64,000 nt of DNA, from contig NC_043001.1 in the NCBI RefSeq assembly GCF_006345805.1, positions 28,768,001 through 28,832,000 of the forward strand, in the 5' to 3' direction. Each line of letters begins with the position of its first letter. Positions within the stretch are counted from its first letter, which is position 1. Origin of the DNA: Octopus sinensis. Its lineage: Eukaryota. Of this stretch, positions 10,562 to 23,540 are shown in pieces. Under the pieces are notes generated by a model. It did not search any database, was not told where the DNA came from, and worked only from the letters and a program-made list of their open reading frames with translations. Both the position numbers and the translations under genes were made by a program.

Positions 10562-13232
10562 AAATATACACACACACTACTAACGGGATAATTTTCAAGA
10601 TACCAATCAAGATATCTCAAAGCAAATATCAATATAAGAAAAACCAGAGAGGACAATGTTTAAAGAAATAGTGTTATAGTTTACGCCTAACATCCAAATG
10701 CATGCAAAAACAAAAATAATATACATGTTGTAAGAAGCAATATTATGAAAATCAGGTTCAAATCAGTTAATGGATTATATGACATTACTTTAACAAACAG
10801 AAAACCAACTACCTACAAAATGTAAAGAAAGAAGACACCAGGAAGATCTCATAACACGAAAGAACAGGAAGAGGAGCTAGACAAGACAAAAATATGCTAA
10901 ACAAGAAAATGAAACAATGGTATTTGGTGTATGACACAAGAAAACGAAAGCACACTTTGAACTAAATCAATGTGTTACTAATTCATATGGAGCTAACAAA
11001 AACTTAGTTTCCTAAACTGCTAAAAAAAAATTTTTTTTTAAATAGGTGGCTGCCACTTCAGTAGTTTTAAGATCAATACAGCAGACTAGATGCTTGCTGA
11101 GATATGTCAGGTTATTTGGACATTTGTATAATGTCCATATTTATATAATGTCTAGCAACTGCACGAGCAACCGATGCCAGCTTATATATTGGCAAGCGCT
11201 TCACTTTGCTTCATGCTATGGCTTCATGGGGCTGGGGTCATCCCAGATTAGTGGTCCCAGAGATATCAATGCTTAGAACTGACTGGGTCCACTAGTGCTC
11301 TCTGCCACTGGTGGTCCCATGACAGCTTCTCTGCATCCAAAATTGGCAAACAATTTTGCAATATTAAGTTGTATAGGAAAATGTGTGCCTTACAACTGTA
11401 AGATGAAGATAACTATCATACAATTTTATAGAGATCTCTGTTCCTATAATGAGACAAACATAGACCAAATTGTCTTAACTTCATTGTTGAAGTTTATAAA
11501 GCAAATCCAGGTTTATGACTTTTATGAGCATTTTTCTATGCTTCTATGGATGGATTCATTAGTTTGCTTGCTTTTTTTCAAGCAATTGTTATTTAATAGT
11601 GAGATAGACATTCTATACTACCCACGCAGCTGGAATGAAATCTATAATTGAGTCAGGCAAACTGAGGCACACAGAGTCATGTTACATGCCTCCATGGCAT
11701 ATGCCTTTGATCAGGAATAAAGTAAAAGACAACAGCCCAAAATGCAAGGTGTGGGATCAAACATAGGAACTCACAATTCTGAAGCAAACCTCTTAACACC
11801 ACTATCCCTACCACCTGGCCTATATGAATGCAAATATTTCAGCAATACATATTGGAAAAATATGCATCAGTAAGAAAACTGATAAATCAGCAATGAAGCA
11901 CTTTGTCCAGCATGCTAACTAACGACTTTGCCCGCTTGCCACCTTAGTGTGAATGATATAATCCTTTCCATTATAGGCACAAGGTCTGAAATATTTTTGG
12001 GGGTGTGAGCGAGTCAATTACATCAACCCCAGTACATGACTGGTACTTATTTTATCAATCCTGGAACATAAAAAATACATGCAAACAAAAATATTCAAAG
12101 AAAAATTTACCAAATGTAGAGAAAATCTTTTAGGGCTACTCACAAGAACACCAAAATCCATAATAACTCTGACCACTAAACCAAGTGCACACTCCCAGTT
12201 GTCCTCCTCTAGTCTGCAGCTATATGCTTAGAGCCGGCCCATTCACTCAGATCGTATTCACCAATTTCATCCACTTTACAACAAATTTGCTAAGAGGTAG
12301 CACTGCCCTCTCCACTCTCATCATCTTTTCAAGTGGAACTCAACCAAAAGGTGTCTGCTTTCAGCCCTTTCATTCTTTTCTACTGCGCAGTCTCTTTTGC
12401 CAAGCCCACTAGACAGATGAAAACTGCCTGCCCTTCTCAGCCAAAGAAAAGCAGCACAATGGACTTAGCAGAGTCCATTGTGAAGATCAGCTGACAGCAA
12501 AATCTGGCCTACACATGACAGCAGCTGCTTTTTTTTGACATATCTCCACAAGTCAGCAATGTTCAAATACTGGTTGAATGCAGGCTGAACAGTTTCATTT
12601 CCTTACATGCATCTCAGTTAGGCCTAAGCTGACAGCATATCGATGTCTGTGGAGGTTATCTCAAACTGGCAATGTTCACTGCTAGGCCAAATATTTCTGG
12701 AAATTATCCCTGGATCCTAGTTTAAAAATTCTCCAAAAATAGATCAGCCTGTTGATTTTCATCACTGCGCAAGAATGTTGTCACTTTTTCTAACTATTAA
12801 TCCTCTACTTTATGCTAATATGGAATATCCCCCTACTGCATCGCCCAAATGGTAAAGGGTTGTGAGTCCTTGACAACATTCTAGATACCAAGCATCCTGT
12901 TGCTTGATCCAGGACTGTAGCTCTGTCAAAGAGATGGGCTGTGGAGAAATGTGTCTAACAAATGACAATCAGACTTATTCGAGTTTATTATTGTCCATAC
13001 AGACGAACATAGAGGAGACAGTACAATATGATATCGGGGGTCATATACAACGAATGAGTTGGTTAAAAATTTATAAAAACATGATACATCGAATGTATCT
13101 CACAAATGACAACCAGACTTATTCAACATCATGGGATTTCTATTGCAGCTACAAAGCATGCTTGCACATCATCAGCCACAGCATGCCTAGTATTCTACAC
13201 AGTAAGTATTGATGGTAATGGAGCACCTTTAA

Positions 13233-13452
13233 CCCTTTAGTGTTCAGATTATTCTATCAAACATAATGCCTATTGATTCCCATTGATTCGAATTAATCAT
13301 GCATTATCTCATATCTTCAAGATCTTGATGGTGTAATTACTTAATATAGAATAACATTGTAGGGTAGGTGTGAGAGCCTGGATCTGGCCAGTTTGAACAT
13401 AAAACAGGTAGAATACTTTCGGCCGGATATGGCCGGTTTAAATACTAAAGGG
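13233..13452. mobile_element. piggyBac-type MITE, ~220 bp
   Basis: TTAA TSD on both sides; CCCTTTAG/CTAAAGGG termini. Confidence 0.85.
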
Positions 13453-14836
13453 TTAAGGAAAGGAATGTGTCCTTTCCATAAAAAGTAAAAGAGCAGATAT
13501 TTCAGTGCAGTCAGACGTAAACTGGGGCAAAGCACAATGGACAAATAGTAATAGATGACAAAAGTGCCAAACTGACTTTTCCTAGTTGTAACAATAATAA
13601 TAATCCTTTCTACTATAAGTACAAAGCCAGCATTTTTAGGGGAAGAAGTAAGTCGATTCCATTGACCCCAGTGTTAAATTGTTAATTATTTTACCAATCC
13701 TGAAAGGATGAAAGACAAAGTCAACTGTGACAGAATCTGAACTCGGAACATAAAAGGTAGGAAGAAATGCTGCTAACCATTTTGTCTGAGATGCTAATGG
13801 TTCAGCCATCGTGTTACCTTAATAATAAGAATTCTTTCTACTTAGGTACAATCCCAGTATTCAACTGGTACTTATTTTACCAATCACAAAAGGATGAAAG
13901 GTAAAGCTGGCCCTGGTGGAATTTAGTTGGAAGAAATGTCAATTTGTCCGGCATGCTACAAGGCAAGATTTGAAATAATAATGGTAATGATAGTAATTTC
14001 TAACACAGACACTATGCCACAAACTCTGTATCGAAAGGAACAGCCAATTAGATCAATACCCAATACTCAGCTGGTACTTATTTAACAGACCTTGCAGAGA
14101 TGAAAGACAAAATCAATTCTAGTGAGATTTGAACTCAGAACCATAACTAAATACTGCATGGCAGTTATGTTTGATGTACTAACAATTTTGCCAATGCCCT
14201 ACCAGAGTAGGAAAATTAAAGAGCAAATTTAGTTAATTAAATAAAAACCAGTAATTAACTGGGATACTGTTTTAACAATAAAACATATAGAACCAGTAAA
14301 AGTACCAGGATGATAAGCCAAGTCAACTTTAGTAAGATTTGAACTCAGAATGTAAAGAGTCACAAACATTTAGTCCAACAATTTAATAATTTTGTCAAAC
14401 CAATTTCAAATGATAAAGAATAACTTGAAAAAGATTTAGCTGCTATTTCTCACAGGTCAAGTGACACTATACAGACATTATACATACTCATTCTGTCTGT
14501 CTTACACATTAGCTTTTTTTAGGTTTCATATAATGAGCTGATGTTTAGAACACAGTTACAAGAGGTTCTTACATAAAACAATAATGGAATAATTTTTTAC
14601 AACTAACTAATAGATTACTACAAGTGGTTCTGAGTGGTTTGACACAAATAGAAATTATTTTATAATGAAAATGTTCCCTCAAAGAATTTTTTGTAGTGGT
14701 ATAATAGAGACCTCTTCAAATATTTGTAAATGGAAAAACAGAAAAATAAACATGCAGTAATACTTATATATAGGGATGGTGATGATTAGCTAATTAAGGA
14801 AAAATTAAAGCATCATCACATTACAAACAGTTATCA

Positions 14837-15200
14837 GGTGCAGGCATGGCTGTGAGGTTAAGAAGTTTGCTTCCCAACCATGTGACCTTGGGTTCAGTCC
14901 CACTGCACAGCACCTTGGGCAAATGTCTTCTACTATAGCACTAAGTTGACCAAAACCTTGCGAGTGGATGGTAACAGAAAGAAGCCCCTTGTATGTGTGT
15001 GGTTAGTTGGATGGATGGATGGATAACTGGTGTTAATTTGTTTGCATTCTGTAACTTAGCAGTTCAGCAAAAGAGACTACTAAAGTCAGAACCAGGCTTC
15101 AAAACAAAGTACTAGAGTCAATTTGTTTGATTAAACCCTTCAAAGCAGTACCTCTGTATGGCCACAGTTTAATGACTGAAACAAGTAAAAGATAAAAGAT
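14837..15200 (+). mobile_element. OR-type SINE, diverged
   Basis: Family head, core and tail. Confidence 0.8.
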
Positions 15201-15576
15201 ATATAAGCTAGTACTTAATATGCCAGAGTTTAAATTCCAAAATGGCTAACTCCATGGAATAAAATACATACTGATAAGTGGCCCAACATGTGAGTCCCTA
15301 CATGGTTATTCAACCTGCTAGAAATAATAGCCAAACGTCCCTCAAATCACATATAGGATAATGTCCTTGATATAAAGATAAGATGTCCCAAAAGGAATTC
15401 TTTTTACCACAACTTTTTGACAAGGATAAACTATTGCTCAACAACAACAAAAATACTGGCAAAAGTCTAAAATAAATTCACTCAACATCTGTCTTAGAAA
15501 CATTGTAAAGAAATCAATCAACAATTTTCCCCTAAGGACAGTATGTTGGAATAATAGAATAGAGGAGGAAAATTCA

Positions 15577-15695
15577 CCACAAATATATCAATGATATGGC
15601 TTCTGTCCTGTATGAATACATTTCTCAAACCATTCTTTCATAAGTTAATGGCCAACCACAAATATCACAACAATATGGCTTCTGTCCTGTATGAA
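15577..15695 (+). repeat. Local duplication, 79-bp period
   Basis: ATATGGCTTCTGTCCTGTATGAA is identical at 15594-15616 and 15673-15695. Confidence 0.75.
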
Positions 15696-16097
15696 ACCAC
15701 TTGTAAATTTTTCTTTCAGAGAAATAGTTTATCTAGCCACAAGAGCCATCTGAGCCATTTACAGGGTGCCGTCAGTAAGCTGAAAGACAGCAATGAGTAG
15801 AGCAAGAAATTTAGTGTCCAGGTAGAAGTCCAGCATGGTTTAGTTCTCAACCTCTTCGCATTTATCACTGAAGTTTAAGACTGGATGCTCATGGGAGCTC
15901 CTCTATAGTGATGACCTTGTTCTTATAACTAATTCTGTAGAAGAGGTAGAGGAGAAATTTCAGGTGTAGAAGCAAGGCCTAGAATCAAAAGGTCTTAGAG
16001 TTAATTTAGCAAAGACCAAAGTTCAAGTAAATAAGAAAACCCGACAAATTACTAATCCCTTCAGGGAAACAGCCCTGCCTGATTTATATATATACAT

Positions 16098-16692
16098 ATC
16101 AGACATTTGACTGTGGCCATGCTGGAGCACCGCCTTTAGTTGAGCAAATCAACCCCAGGACTTATTCTTTGTAAGCTTAGTACTTATTATATCGCTCTCT
16201 TTTGCCAAACCGCTAAGTTACAGGGATGTAAACACACCAGCATCAGTTGTCAAGTGATGTTGGGGGGACAAACACAGACACACAAACATATACACATACG
16301 TACGTACATTTTATATATATATATATATATATATAGTTACTCCAAACATGAACAAAGAGAAAACACAACAATGCAAGGATGTGGAACAAGCATACTGTTA
16401 TTGGACGCTCAGGAAAGGAAAGAAAGAAGGAAGATTTAACGTTTCGAGCAGAGCACTTCATCAGAAACATAGAAAAAGGAAAGATCCAAGGAAGAGAAGA
16501 TGGAGAAAGAAAATCGCCAACGATACACACGCAATACGATGGGCTTCTTTCAGTTTCCATCTATCAAATCCACTCACAAGGCTTTGGTTGGCCCAAGACT
16601 ATAGTAGAAGGCACTTGCCCAAGGTGCCACGCAGTGAGACTGAACCCAGAACCATGTGGTTGGTAAGCAAGCTACATACCACACAGCCACTC
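16098..16692 (-). mobile_element. OR-type SINE with a Penelope-like fragment (about 16330-16535) in its microsatellite
   Basis: SINE halves flank a copy of the 146-345 family. Confidence 0.8.
16435..16468 (-). ncRNA. Minimal hammerhead-like motif with canonical core
   Basis: GTTT-CTGATGA-A-GTGC-TCT-GCTC-GAAA-CGT-T-AAA. One mismatch in stem II. Confidence 0.5.
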
Positions 16693-17484
16693 ATTATATA
16701 TATATAATATGTGACAACTAGTTGGTTGCCATAATAAAACTCAGACAAACAACTAGTTGTCCCATATATTTATAGATAAATTCCTCTATGTGACATAATA
16801 TTGAATATCAAGGTCTTATTCATTCTTTTGCTGTCATATTATTAATATATATATATATATATAAGGGTGTAGGGAGAAATTCCATACAGCGTACCCAGTA
16901 CAAGCTATGTACACATAAGGAGTGATGTAGACTCACAAGAAGGTTAATGGAGAAAGTAGTCTTTGTGTGTGGCAGATGTGCAGGAACAATAAACACTAAG
17001 AACACACAGGAAATAGATTCCCTCAGATGTCCAAGAGGATCCTTAGTGGAAGTAAATAGTTTCTGTTACCTAGGTGACCTAATTAGCAGTAGCTGGCCAA
17101 CAAGGTACTCTGAAAATGTTGTGGTTAGAAACAGAACTGGCTGGGAAAAGTTCAGATTGCTATACTTGAGATGACATGTCTATCTAAGAAAAAATGAGAC
17201 CTTAAAGGTCTCACTCATCTCTACATCCCTTACTCCCATGACTGATCTTAACACCCTTCCCTCCTGCCATCTGTCTTTACTACTAGCTGCAGTCCCCTCC
17301 CCTACATCATCCTCCTTCCTTTTGAATTCTGGCAAACTTACCAGAGTATTAAAAAAAATGTCTCTGACAAGTCAGTCTTCCCAGTAACTTATCTTCCAAA
17401 CCCCACTCTCCCTCCTCATGTCCACCCGCTGCATCCCCCATTTTCTACTTCTCAAAGAAAGTAGGCATCTTAAAATACTCTGAC

Positions 17485-17632
17485 ATCTGAGGCGTTAGGA
17501 AGGACATCCAGCTGTAGAAACTCTGCCAAATCAAGATTGGAGCCTGGTGCAGCCATCTGGTTCGCCAGCCCTCAGTCAAAATCATCCAACACATGCCAGC
17601 ATAGAAAGCGGACGTTAAACGATGATGATGAT
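17485..17632 (+). mobile_element. RTE 3' tail fragment
   Basis: GCGTTAGGAAGGACATCCAG...GGACGTTAAACGATGATGATG. Confidence 0.75.
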
Positions 17633-18259
17633 TTGAAATGTGGTTTACGTTTACAAAACGGGGAAAGCTTTCCACAAAGCTACTGATTCTCAGTACAACA
17701 CAATAGCACCATTATCAGTGACAAAATCAGGACAATAACTGCTTGTCAATATCCTCCTCAGGTTATGTGGTTAGGAAGTTCACATCACAACTACATACTT
17801 TTGGGTTCACTCCCACTATATAACACTTCAAACACACATCCTCTATTGAGCCCGTCTGGCTGAAATTTGGTAGGTGAAAACAGTATAGAAGATGGCTGGA
17901 TGTATTTAAAAGTTTTGTCACCATATTTCTGTTAAAAAAAACACTGCATTTGTTTCAACAACTTGGAAAATAATAAAGAATTTTGTAAAACAACTTTTCC
18001 ATTATTAAGCAGGTGTTGGGAACATAATACAAAAAGGTTTAATTTAAATCACTCTAAAACTGGAAGATTTTATCATAGAACCAAGGGTGGTTTCAGACAG
18101 GTTAGAATCACAAGAGTTAATGGAATTTACTTCGGCAAATACATGCTAGATCTCCGGCCTGAAGATAACTTCTCCCTTCCAACAATCAATCTTGGAGAAC
18201 CTAGAATGAGCCATGTACACAGTCCTTCCTTATCTAAGTTATTAAAAATAAAAAAATAA

Positions 18260-18431
18260 AGGCGCAGGAGTGGCTGTGTGGTAAGTAGCTTGCTTATCAA
18301 CCACATGGTTCCGGATTCATTCCCACTGCATGGCACCTTGGGCAAGTGTCTTCTACTATAGCCTCAAGCCGACCAAAGCCTTGTGAGTGGATTTGGTAGA
18401 TGGAAACTGAAAGAAGCCCATCGTATATATG

Positions 18432-18462
<31 letters not shown>

Positions 18463-18660
18463 ATATATTTGTGTCTGTGTTTGCCCCCCCCCCACATCGC
18501 TTAATGGTGTGTTTACGTCCCCGTAACTTAGTGGTTCGGCAAAAGAGACCGATACAATAAGTACTAGGCTTACAAAGAATAAGTCTTGGGGTCGATTTGC
18601 TCGACTAAAGGCAGTGCTCCAGCATGGCCACAGTCAAATAACTGAAACAAGTAAAAGAGT
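18260..18660 (+). mobile_element. OR-type SINE, full length
   Basis: Starts GGCGCAGGAGTGGCTGTGTGG. Confidence 0.85.
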
Positions 18661-18747
18661 ATATCTTCCAATTTATTTATCCTTGTGGTGGTCATGCTAC
18701 AATAAGAGAAAAAGATACTATCACTGTCATTCTATTTTTATGTTTTC

Positions 18748-19092
18748 TTTTACTTTAGTCATTTGACTGTGGCCATGCTGAAGCACCACCTTTAGTCATG
18801 CAAATCAACCCCAGGACTTATTCTTTGTAAACTAAGTTGCAGGGATGTAAACACACCAGCATTAGTTGTCAAGCGATGTTGGAGCGACACAAACATATAC
18901 ACACACATACATATAAATATACATATATACAACAGGCTTCTTTCAGTTTCCGTCTACCAAATCCACTCACAAGACTTTGATCAACCTGAGACTATAGTAG
19001 AAGACACATGTCCAAGGTGTCACACAGTGGGACTGAACCCAAAATTATGTGGTTGGTAAGCAAGTTACTTACCACACAGCCACTCCTGCACC
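18748..19092 (-). mobile_element. OR-type SINE, inverted relative to 18260-18660
   Basis: Family motifs on the minus strand. Confidence 0.85.
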
Positions 19093-19787
19093 TATGTATG
19101 TAAATTTTTCCAATATTTACAACTTAAAATTAATTGTAGTCTTAATTTTTCAGATATTATATATTTATCAGAGAATTAATTTTGTTTCTGTATAAATAAG
19201 TGTTAAAATAGTAAAAAAAAAAAAATTATTTGATATCTAAAAATAAGAAAAATGTAAGCATTGGTTCATTTTTTTTTTAATCCCAAATATCATCTGAGGT
19301 AAATTTATACAAGTGGTTGGCCTACTTTCACAGGAGATAGATCTATGTTAGAGGCGGCTGATTTATGCCATAAGATGTTGGACATTGCCATAGGAAGTTA
19401 CTGCCTCTACAGCAGGAAAGTTAACTGACATGACAGGAAGTAGAACAAACCGCAATAAGTCAGTTGAGAGACTTCTCACATGATTATACAAATCTCACCA
19501 AGATAAACCCTTTGTTATATATAAAGAAAAAAAAAAGAGAACTTAAAACAATAGAAAAAAATAAATTGAAGCTATTTATCTCCAAAACATAAGATAATAA
19601 TTCCAAAGATTAAGGCTTATAATAATGGATAGAAACTAAGGTCAATAGGTAGATAATTTTTTTTTTTTTGTAACAATTATTTTCATTTCTTCCACTTCAT
19701 TATTTTTTTAAAAAAATACTTATCATATGCTAATTTTTACACTCAAGCACTGATTAACTTTTTTGTTACTTTGTTTCTGTTGAAATA

Positions 19788-20353
19788 TTAGGTTGTCCAG
19801 AAAGTTTGTGCCGATTTTTAAAGGAAAGAAAAGGGTCAATAAATACTTGCCATTACATTTTTAATCAACCAAATATGAACCATTTTGTTGCACAATGCAT
19901 CTCCATCTTTCCTTTAACTTGAAAATACCCTCTTCCCAGAATTGAGGTGGTTTCATGGCAAAGAATTCATCAAGTTATCTATTTACTTCATCCAAGGAAT
20001 TGAAAATTTTACCATTAAGACTATTCTGCAGAGACCTGAATAAGTGGAAATCCGAAGGAGCAATATCTCGTGAATATGGAGGGTGGGATAACACATCCCA
20101 GCCGAGCTGCACCAATTTTTGTCTGGTTCTCAAAGCATCAAGTGCCGAATATGAACTTTCTTATCTTCCATTTTAATGGGTTACAGAATTAACACAGGTT
20201 ATAGGAACATAAACCTTCTTCCACGAAAAGATAGCTTAAACTGTGCTCTAAATGGAGGTGTAGTCAAATCCTATTTTATGGACTCAACCATGTTCTAAAA
20301 CAAGTCGAAAGGTAAGCTACTATAAATCAGCATGAACTTTCCGGACAACCCAA
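19788..20353 (-). mobile_element. Internally deleted mariner (non-autonomous, 566 bp)
   Basis: TA TSDs and ~30-bp TIRs TT(A/G)GGTTGTCC.GAAAGTT. Carries the transposase C-terminus with a YSPD-like motif. Confidence 0.9.
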
Positions 20354-20659
20354 TACATTAAAGAATATTTTATCAATAAGATAACTGGCACTCCTTCAGT
20401 TACGATGACAAGAGTTCTAGTTGATCTATCAACAGAACAGCCTGCTCATGAAATTAATATGAATATGGCTGAGTACTCCACAGAGATGTGTACTTTTAAA
20501 GTAGTTCTCAGGGATATTCAGCATGACACACAGTGTGACGAAGCTGGACCTTGTGAATTACAACCCAATATATAGGCTTTATTTCAATTAATTTTCAAAA
20601 TAATTAAGAATTAAGTCTCAATGTACAAAAAGCAAATACAAGTGGCTGGAACGAGGTTC

Positions 20660-21010
20660 CTCTGAAGGGTCTTTGGAGTAAGGTAACTCAACAGAGTGCA
20701 CAATTTAGAGATTGGAGAGGTGCTCCAGGCAGAGCCACTGCTTCTCTGAATTGAGAGATCACAGCTCTGATACTACAAACTTGTGGTAAAAATGTCCCAG
20801 AGGTTTTACGGGAAAAACCAACCAACAAGAGACCCAGGGGTAGACCACAAGCAAGATGGCTGGGTAACATCCATGAGCTCATTTGGTTTCCCTTGAGGAT
20901 CCAACCAGGTCAATTGGAGACTGTTGTTTCTGACAAGACTCAAAGGAAGGCATGTTTGGAGATTCTGCTCCTATAATCTTCCCAGGAATGGGTGGGTGAA
21001 GATGCGATGA
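20660..21010 (+). mobile_element. RTE-type LINE C-terminal remnant
   Basis: KRPRGRPQARWLGNI matches the RTE C-terminal GRP..RW motif. Confidence 0.6.
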
Positions 21011-21529
21011 GAAGGATTAATTAAAATAACTAATTATTAATTAGGCATTTTGGAAAATAAACTGACACAAAATTTTGAGGGAAGATTTTAACTTAGAGCA
21101 TTTTAAAACAAAGTTTGTATCAAAAGCAGAAGTAGTCTCAGGCAGATTGTTATTGATAGAGTTAAATACGTCTACATATTTTATGTTCTAGTACTTTCTT
21201 TTTTGTGTTGGACACTGCAAACCAATCAGCTGCGGTATATCAGAAATCTTAGAGATTTCAGGGTAGATAAGAAAGTAACATTTCTTATCTAAGTAAAGGA
21301 AAACAAATGAAATTTAAACAACAAAAAGTTCTCAAATGTTCCAGTTAAAATGAAATAAGTCAACTTTGAAATGAATCATTGCTAGATTAGTCTATGTTTA
21401 TTTGCATGACAATTCACTTCCTCTTTTCTCTTGTTTTGCTTTTTTTGCTGGTAGCTCCTAAATAGTACTCCAGGCACACTGCAAGATGTAGCTAGGTACA
21501 CCAAGAAAATAAATTATGTTTCTGGTGCC

Positions 21530-22285
21530 ACATAAAAAGCACCCATGCCAGTGCCGCATGAAAAGCACCTGTGCCAGTGCCGCATGAAAAGCACCTGTGC
21601 CAGTTCCCGCATGAAAAGCACCCGTGCCAGTGCCGCATGAAAAGCACCCATGCCAGTTCCACATGAAAAGCACTCATGCTAGTGCCGCAGGAAAAGCACC
21701 CGTGCCAGTGCCGCATGGAAAGCATCCGTGCCAGTGCCGCATGGAAAGCATCCGTGCCAGTGCCGCATGGAAAGCATCCGTGCCAGTGCCGCATGAAAGG
21801 CACTCATGCCAGTGCCACATGAAAAGCAGTCATGCCAGTGCCACATGAAAAGCAGTCGTACCAGTGCCACATGAAAAGCACATGTGTTGATGCCACATGA
21901 AAAGCACATGTGCTGATGCGACACGAAAAGCACTTGTGCTGATGCCACATGAAAAGCACCTGTGTTGATGCCACATGAAAAGCACCAGTGCTGGTGCTAC
22001 ATGAAAAGCACCTGTGTTGATGCCACATGAAGAGCACATGTGTTGATGCCACATGAAAAGCACATGTGTTGATGCCACATGAAAAGCACATGTGCTGATG
22101 CCACATGAAAAGCACCTGTGCTGATGCCACATAAAAAGTACCCATGCCGGTACCGCATAAAAAGCACTTGTGCCATTGTCACATGAAAATACCTGTGCTG
22201 GTGCCACATGAAAAGCACCCATGCCAGTGCCACATGAAAAGCACCTGTGTTGGTACCACATAAAAAGCACCCATACTAGTGTCAC
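21530..22285. repeat. 26-bp minisatellite, about 29 units
   Basis: ACC(C/T)GTGCCAGTGCCGCATGAAAAGC grading into ACATGTGTTGATGCCACATGAAAAGC. The 26-aa periodicity of the ORF translations confirms the period. Confidence 0.9.
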
Positions 22286-22728
22286 GTAAAAACAATGTGA
22301 ATAGGTATTAAATTTAATAGAGTAAAATGCTAAAAGGCGTTAAATGATTTTTTTTTTTTTACAAATGTTTTCACTTTTCATATTTTGCAAAATAATTTTT
22401 TTTTTTAAATACAATAAAAAAGCTGCAAAGTATTTCAACCAACAGAAGTTTATTTTGCAGAGTTTAATTATTATTGTCCAGATTTTCTTATGATATCTCA
22501 TCCAGCATGTGCCTCTGTTATTTTTTTTTTCTACATAGCTGGACTAGTGAGTGCTTCCTATAATTAACTTCTATAGAAATTATTAAAGGTAGAAACATAT
22601 ACAATGAGATTAGTGTGGACTTTGGGACATTACCAGTTATGCTTCTGCTCATCTATAACATCATAAACTTACTCATTCTCATCCCAACAAAGATGTGTTT
22701 TTTAAAAAGATTTTTCTAAAATATAGCT

Positions 22729-23054
22729 ACAGGAGTGGCTGCATGGTAAGTAGCTTGCTTACCAACCACATGGTTCCGGACTCAGTCTCACTGCATGGCA
22801 CCTTGAGCAAGTGTCTTCTACTATAGCTTCGAGCTAACCAAAGCCTTGTGAGTGGATTTGGTAGATGGAAACTGAAAGAAACCTGTCGAATGTATATCCC
22901 TCTCTCTCTCTTTCGGAGAGGCACAAGCACCTACACGCACATATACACACACGGCAGTAACTTCCGCCTGCCAAATTCAATCACAAAGCTTCGGTCAGCT
23001 CGGGGCTATATATATATATAATATATATATATATATTTATAATAAGAGTAGATC

Positions 23055-23102
<48 letters not shown>

Positions 23103-23298
23103 TATATATATGGGTGTGTGTGTGTGTACGTCTGTGTGTGTATATATTTGTGTGTCTGTTTGTCCCCCCAACATTGTTTGATAACTGATGCTAGTGCATT
23201 TATGTCCCTGTAACTTAGCAGTTCAGCAAGATATTGATAAAATAAATACTAGGCTTACAAAAATAAGTCCTGGGGTCAATTTGCTTGACTAAAAGGCA
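22729..23298 (+). mobile_element. OR-type SINE with expanded (TA)n
   Basis: Family head at 22729; the tail is cut by the adjacent transposase fragment. Confidence 0.75.
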
Positions 23299-23299
23299 G

Positions 23300-23540
23300 T
23301 GCTGCCCTGGGTCAAGAGGGTGGCTGCAACAAGACCCTGCACCATGCCATACAAGCAGAGAAACCCAGTCATGGCTGTCAGACAATTTCTGTGACCACAT
23401 CACCCCTAACATCTGGCCACCTAACTCCCCACACTGCAAACCCCTTAATTATTATGTGTGGGGCAGTTGGGTGAGAGACTAACAAAACTCTTTGTAACAC
23501 CAAAGATGAATTGAAGGCAAGGATTATGGCAGCATTTTTT
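23300..23540 (+). mobile_element. Tc1/mariner-superfamily transposase fragment, DD37D (maT-like)
   Basis: QQDPAPCHTSRETQSWLSDNFCDHITPNIWPPNSPHCKPLNYYVWG, then frameshifted to ...NKTLCNTKDELKARIMAAF. There are 37 residues between the D and the final D/N position. Confidence 0.75.

Larger units (their letters stand above)
15815..17170 (+). mobile_element. RTE LINE RT fragment split by nested insertions (RTE parts about 15815-16085 and 16863-17170)
   Basis: TGCSWELLYSDDLVLI...KQGLESKGLRVNLAKTK, resuming after about 780 bp as KGVGRNSI...FVCGRCAG...FCYLGD. Confidence 0.8.

Noticed and set aside
11295-11651. 118-aa ORF in unique DNA
   Set aside because: No motifs or splice support; an ORF of this length can occur by chance in 64 kb.
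12185-12900. Possible RTE-X remnant
   Set aside because: Only a faint VSN..IL similarity; motifs are not convincing.
21458-22285. His/Cys-rich repetitive ORFs and a CRISPR-like appearance
   Set aside because: Contiguous 26-bp tandem units with no unique spacers and no cas genes; open in several frames.
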